Below are positions 27,849-32,000 of a stretch of 32,000 bases of DNA, piece after piece. The stretch is from Candidatus Hermodarchaeota archaeon (lineage in GTDB: Archaea; Asgardarchaeota; Heimdallarchaeia; Hodarchaeales; Hodarchaeaceae). The translations under genes and the position numbers were made by a program. Under the pieces are notes generated by a model that was not told where the DNA came from, made no database searches, and saw only the letters and a program-made list of their open reading frames with translations. The DNA lies in assembly GCA_048886185.1 (NCBI GenBank), contig JBHLKY010000002.1:150001-182000 (forward strand). Direction: 5' to 3'. Position 1 is the stretch's first letter, and each line of letters opens with the position of its first letter.

Positions 27849-28283
27849 TTGAAGATATTAATAATTTATTTTTCCCAGTCAGGGAACACCAAGAAGGTTG
27901 TAGGCATGGTTGAAGAACGCTTAAAATCATTTAACCATATCGTAATGATTAGAAATGCTCTCACCGCAACAACAGAACATGTTATGAGCAATGATTTGCT
28001 ACTTATTGGTACACCGGTTCATGGATACATTTTATTTCGCCAAAAACCTGCAAAAGAGGTCAGGGAGTTTTTAAAACATCAATTACCTCATGATCTTAAT
28101 GGTAAAGCAGTGATTGGATTTGCAACCTATTTATTCTTCCCTGCTGGGGCATTGAATCCAATAAAAGATGCAATCAAATCGAAAAATGGGAAAATTATCG
28201 GATTATTCGCCCAGAGGAGAACCAATAAAACAGAATTAGTAGAGGAAATCATAAAAACAATAAATGAATCAATCACAGTCTAG
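27849..28283 (+). CDS. Flavodoxin-family protein
   Basis: FMN-binding loop IIYFSQSGNTKKV, LLIGTPV, GFAT; TTG start. Confidence 0.85.
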   Translation: MKILIIYFSQSGNTKKVVGMVEERLKSFNHIVMIRNALTATTEHVMSNDLLLIGTPVHGYILFRQKPAKEVREFLKHQLPHDLNGKAVIGFATYLFFPAGALNPIKDAIKSKNGKIIGLFAQRRTNKTELVEEIIKTINESITV

Positions 28284-28409
28284 TCTATAAATATGAAGCT
28301 AATCTATCCAGTACTTAAATTAAAGAAAAATTAAAAAGACTTCTCAATTAAAGTGACAGTACATTAATTTTCTCTAGCTATTTTAAGAGATGAGGATCTG
28401 TAGAAGGGT

Positions 28410-29435
28410 ATGAAGAAAAACCACGACTTAAAAGAAGAAGAAAACATCTACTTAGTTACTGGAGCTTGTGGTTTTGTAGGATCACATCTAGTTGATTCTC
28501 TTGTATCACAGGGTCATTATGTAAAAGCTACTGATTTGAAGAATGCCAATAGAATATATCTCCCTTCTTCTGAGAATATTGAATTCATTCCCGCGGATCT
28601 AACCAAACCTCAAGATATCTCGCAAATATTGGATGGAGTGACTATAGTTTATCATCCAGCTGGAATATTTCGATTTGGAGCTCCTCCCAACTTATTGTAT
28701 AAAGTGAATGTTGAAGGAACAAGGAATCTCTTATCAGCAGCTCTCTCTCAAAACATCTCTCACATCATTAATTGGAGTACAGCCATGGTTTATGGTACTT
28801 TAGAATATACTCCTGCTGACGAGAATCACCCTGTACATCCTGAAGATCCCTATTCTGAGTCTAAATGGGTTCAAGAACAAGTAGCACTATCCTTCTTCGA
28901 AGAGAATGAATTACCTGTAAGTGTTATTCGACCCACTGCAATATATGGCCCCAGATCATTTTATGGGACTTCAAATGCATTATTAGCACTAGTCAAGGGG
29001 AAAATTTTCGGTATACCCGGAGATGGAAAAACAATTCAACACCATGTGCATGTGAATGACGTTGTTAGAGCTGCCATCTTCCTATCAAGGGAAAATAAAG
29101 CAAAAGGAGAAGTATACAATATTGCTGATGAGGTTCCAATTTCAATCGAGGAATCTTTTAGAATAGTATCAGAGTTAATAAAGAAAAAACCTCCCAAATT
29201 CCATATCCCAAAAGAACTTATTTTTCTTTATGGCTATTTTGATCGCTTATATACCAAAATTATAAGACGAGCAAGTCTATTTGAAAAAACATCCTTAAAA
29301 TTAATTTTCTCTGATCATGTTTTTGATAATACCAAGTTAAAGAACCTTGGATTCCGATACTCAATCCCTGATTTTAGAAGAGGTATTGAAGCAACGCTTC
29401 TTTGGTATAAGCAACAAGGTTATGTTAAGTTCTAG
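28410..29435 (+). CDS. NAD-dependent epimerase/dehydratase (extended SDR, 3-beta-HSD-like)
   Basis: VTGACGFVG, NVEGT.NLL, YSESK (YxxxK), IRPTAIYGP, VHVNDV, GEVYNI. Confidence 0.9.
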   Translation: MKKNHDLKEEENIYLVTGACGFVGSHLVDSLVSQGHYVKATDLKNANRIYLPSSENIEFIPADLTKPQDISQILDGVTIVYHPAGIFRFGAPPNLLYKVNVEGTRNLLSAALSQNISHIINWSTAMVYGTLEYTPADENHPVHPEDPYSESKWVQEQVALSFFEENELPVSVIRPTAIYGPRSFYGTSNALLALVKGKIFGIPGDGKTIQHHVHVNDVVRAAIFLSRENKAKGEVYNIADEVPISIEESFRIVSELIKKKPPKFHIPKELIFLYGYFDRLYTKIIRRASLFEKTSLKLIFSDHVFDNTKLKNLGFRYSIPDFRRGIEATLLWYKQQGYVKF

Positions 29436-29752
29436 GATTTCTTTACCCAAACGTAATTCAACCCAATGTACTCCCCCGAAATCAGTAATGTAGGTTCAAG
29501 ACCAAAAAGAAGTGCTGAAAGAAGTGGGTTGAAATCATTTACTGTTAAGCCATAAAGGTTGAAAGGGATTATCATAAACTCTCTACTTCCTGAAAAAATA
29601 CCAAACCATAATATCATTCCCACTACTTGGAACCCAAAAAGTAAAAGAAGTCCGATTATCCAATTTGTTTTTTCTGAAATTCGATCATTTCTCAATAAAT
29701 TACCAAACATAATTCCACAGAAGAAGAGGAATGGGAGGTCAAAAGCAAACAT
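29432..29752 (-). CDS. Small hypothetical membrane protein (about three TM helices)
   Basis: 106 aa, hydrophobic; starts 10 nt after the stop of the co-oriented HAD gene; its stop overlaps the SDR stop by 4 nt. Confidence 0.6.
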   Translation of the reverse strand: MFAFDLPFLFFCGIMFGNLLRNDRISEKTNWIIGLLLLFGFQVVGMILWFGIFSGSREFMIIPFNLYGLTVNDFNPLLSALLFGLEPTLLISGEYIGLNYVWVKKS

Positions 29753-29762
29753 CTCAGCACCT

Positions 29763-30461
29763 TCATTGAAACATATCTATAATTTTGGGAAGTTCTGTTA
29801 ATTTTGTTATAGTGATGACTTCTGTATTCAGGTGATCTTGATTCTTACGATCTAACCACACTCCCCGCATCCCCACATTCGACGCACCAAGGGCATCATT
29901 CTTTAACAGATCACCAACATACAAAATTTCATCAAAAGAAAGATTTAATGAGTTAGCACTCATTTTAAAGAGTTCTGGGTGGGGTTTTCGCAAACCAACC
30001 TCTGCTGATATTATTATAGAGCTGAAGAAGGATGTTATCCCTGTTTTTTCTAGTTTCTTTCTCTGTTGCTCACCCTCGCCATCGGAGATGATTCCGAGAG
30101 GATAATTTTTTAGGGTCGTAAGACAGGGTAAGGTATCCACAAATAATGTCCAATTCTGTTCGTAATTAATAAGGTATTGTTGGAATATGTCCATGGCTTC
30201 CTCTGGAGTCAGTTCTTGTCCCCACTTTTTAAATACACTTTGGACTCTTAGAATCCGCTGTTGCTCAAATGAGATATGACCATCTAAATATTCGTTGATG
30301 TATCGATGAGTTCGATCCCTCCAAGTTGAATAAAAATCCTCAAAACTTGAATGAGGGATCTGATTCCTCACACGCGAATAAAGATAGATAAGCGAACTTT
30401 CCAGTGCTTGTTCATGATCTAAGAGAGTGCCATCAATGTCAAATACTATTGCTTTAATCAT
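29763..30461 (-). CDS. HAD-superfamily hydrolase, subfamily IA (YjjG-like)
   Basis: FDIDGTL, GIISDG, RKPHP..F, YVGDLLKNDALGA..VGM.GVWL. Confidence 0.9.
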   Translation of the reverse strand: MIKAIVFDIDGTLLDHEQALESSLIYLYSRVRNQIPHSSFEDFYSTWRDRTHRYINEYLDGHISFEQQRILRVQSVFKKWGQELTPEEAMDIFQQYLINYEQNWTLFVDTLPCLTTLKNYPLGIISDGEGEQQRKKLEKTGITSFFSSIIISAEVGLRKPHPELFKMSANSLNLSFDEILYVGDLLKNDALGASNVGMRGVWLDRKNQDHLNTEVITITKLTELPKIIDMFQ

Positions 30462-30589
30462 CTTATATCTTATCGTTGTGTTGAAAACTTATACTTATAA
30501 CAATCATGTAAAAGAAGTACGATTATTCCTAAGAAATCAGTTTTAATAGAAAATTTCAATTATGATTTAGAGGATTCAGGAAATTTGAC

Positions 30590-31237
30590 ATGGAAGCTTG
30601 GGATGAGATTTGGAAGACAGAAGAAGGAAGAGATAAGTGGTTAACACCTGATCCATTCGTTATTTCTTTGATACCTAAGTTTAAAAAGGAGAAGATTAAA
30701 AGAATTCTTGATCTAGGATTCGGTGTTGGTCGTCACACTATTTTCTTCGCAAAAAAAGGATTTGATGTTTATGGGATAGATCCAAGTCCATCTGGTTTAG
30801 AATTTACAAAGAAATGGGCTAAGAAGGAAAGAGTTTTTCCTAAATTAACAATTGGGGAAATGAGTCAACTTCCGTATAAGGATGATTTTTTTGATCTTAT
30901 AATTGCTTGGAACGTTATATATCATGGAACTACGAGTATTATTCATAAAACGGTTACTGAAATTATAAGGTGTTTAAAAACCAATGGTTATCTCCTTTAT
31001 ACATTGATATCAACTAAACATAATAAATATGGCCTTGGAAACGAAATTGAAAAAAATACATTCGTGATAGAAAAAGAAGAGGAAAAAAATCACCCTCATC
31101 ATTATTTTAGTGAGAAGGAAATCAATAATTATTTCAAAGGATTTACACACCTAACTTGTGTTGATAAAGAGCAATTTTACCCCGGATTGTATCATTGGAA
31201 TATCTTGTCGAGGCTTAACACAGTATATAATGATTAA
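30590..31237 (+). CDS. Class I SAM-dependent methyltransferase
   Basis: ILDLGFGVGRH, VYGIDPS, LPYKDDFFDLI, LKTNGYL. Confidence 0.9.
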   Translation: MEAWDEIWKTEEGRDKWLTPDPFVISLIPKFKKEKIKRILDLGFGVGRHTIFFAKKGFDVYGIDPSPSGLEFTKKWAKKERVFPKLTIGEMSQLPYKDDFFDLIIAWNVIYHGTTSIIHKTVTEIIRCLKTNGYLLYTLISTKHNKYGLGNEIEKNTFVIEKEEEKNHPHHYFSEKEINNYFKGFTHLTCVDKEQFYPGLYHWNILSRLNTVYND

Positions 31238-31381
31238 CACTTACTCATTTCCTTATGAAATATCTGGCCTACACTTTAGATTAATTTTTGTTCTAAAGAA
31301 TTAATGATTAAAATACGTGAGAGAGATGTCAAAACGAAAATGGAAATATAATAGTGTAATCCACCAATAACCAGTGATTTT

Positions 31382-32000
31382 ATGGTAACGGGAATTCATT
31401 TTCTTTTGACAATGATGTGTAATTTTGAATGTGACCATTGTTTTTTGTACTGCGGACCAAAATTTGAAGGTACATTTACTATAAACCAATTAAAATTGGT
31501 TCATGCCGAAATGAAAAAGTTAGGTACAATTAAAATGGTTTATTATGAAGGAGGAGAACCTTTCTTATTTTATCCTCTAATGCAAGAGGGGATAAGGATG
31601 TCCCATGAGATGGGATTTAAAACAGGTGTGGTGACCAATTCATATTGGGCAATATCTGATGAAGATGCAGAGCTCTGGTTGAAACCTTTACTTGACTTAG
31701 GAATAACAGATGTAAGTGTGAGTAATGACGCCTTTCATCACGGAAAAAGCGAAATTAATCCGGCTACGAGAGCTTTAAAAGCTTTAAAAAAATTAGGAAT
31801 GTCTGGAGACGACATATGTATCCAAGAACCTACAGTAGAATTTGATAAGACTCAAGAAAAAGGTGATCCAGTTATCGGTGGAGGAGCAATGTTCAGGGGG
31901 AGAGCGGTTGAAAAATTAATCACTGATAAATTACCCAGAAAACCTTGGGAAGAATTTACAGAATGTCCTTATGAGGAATTGATGAATCCAGGTAGAGTTC
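31382..32000 (+). CDS. Radical SAM protein (partial; runs off the right edge)
   Basis: Not in the ORF track; translated by hand from ATG 31382: MVTGIHFLLTMMCNFECDHCFLYC (CxxxCxxC), YEGGEPFL, VVTNSYWA, VSVSNDAFH. Confidence 0.92.
   Translation, partial: MVTGIHFLLTMMCNFECDHCFLYCGPKFEGTFTINQLKLVHAEMKKLGTIKMVYYEGGEPFLFYPLMQEGIRMSHEMGFKTGVVTNSYWAISDEDAELWLKPLLDLGITDVSVSNDAFHHGKSEINPATRALKALKKLGMSGDDICIQEPTVEFDKTQEKGDPVIGGGAMFRGRAVEKLITDKLPRKPWEEFTECPYEELMNPGRV

Noticed and set aside
31301-31489. Minus-strand 62-aa ORF
   Set aside because: Overlaps the start of the radical SAM gene on the opposite strand.

Overview
AT-rich prokaryotic window of mixed housekeeping and accessory genes. It is most likely archaeal: PheRS alpha/beta are archaeal-type, (A)GGTG(A)-type Shine-Dalgarno motifs recur, and there is an oligo-T terminator candidate. 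An Asgard-like origin is plausible but cannot be shown from this sequence. Left to right: pheT (partial) and pheS; a 1001-aa protein (pseudo-receiver, receiver, DUF5752-like, PEP-synthase-type ATP-grasp, candidate phospho-His swivel domain) divergent from glutamate dehydrogenase; a soluble 10-PAS histidine-kinase-like protein with a degenerate ATP-binding domain plus a tandem remnant of a paralogous C-terminus; a saccharopine dehydrogenase-family enzyme; LysE; a GH4/HAD/MFS group; a decayed Acr3/thioredoxin arsenic cassette; a 747-aa orphan; a CadA/CadC pair with SmtB/ArsR-type operators; isochorismatase; an LDH/MDH-intermediate enzyme; DinB; a CoA-binding protein; flavodoxin; an extended SDR; HAD; a methyltransferase; and a partial radical SAM gene. 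I saw no rRNA, tRNA, CRISPR array or transposase. The best candidate for an undescribed system is the dikinase-derived His/Asp signalling protein next to gdhA. Several 5'-truncated gene remnants indicate deletion-driven turnover. All family assignments come from motif recognition by eye, not database searches.
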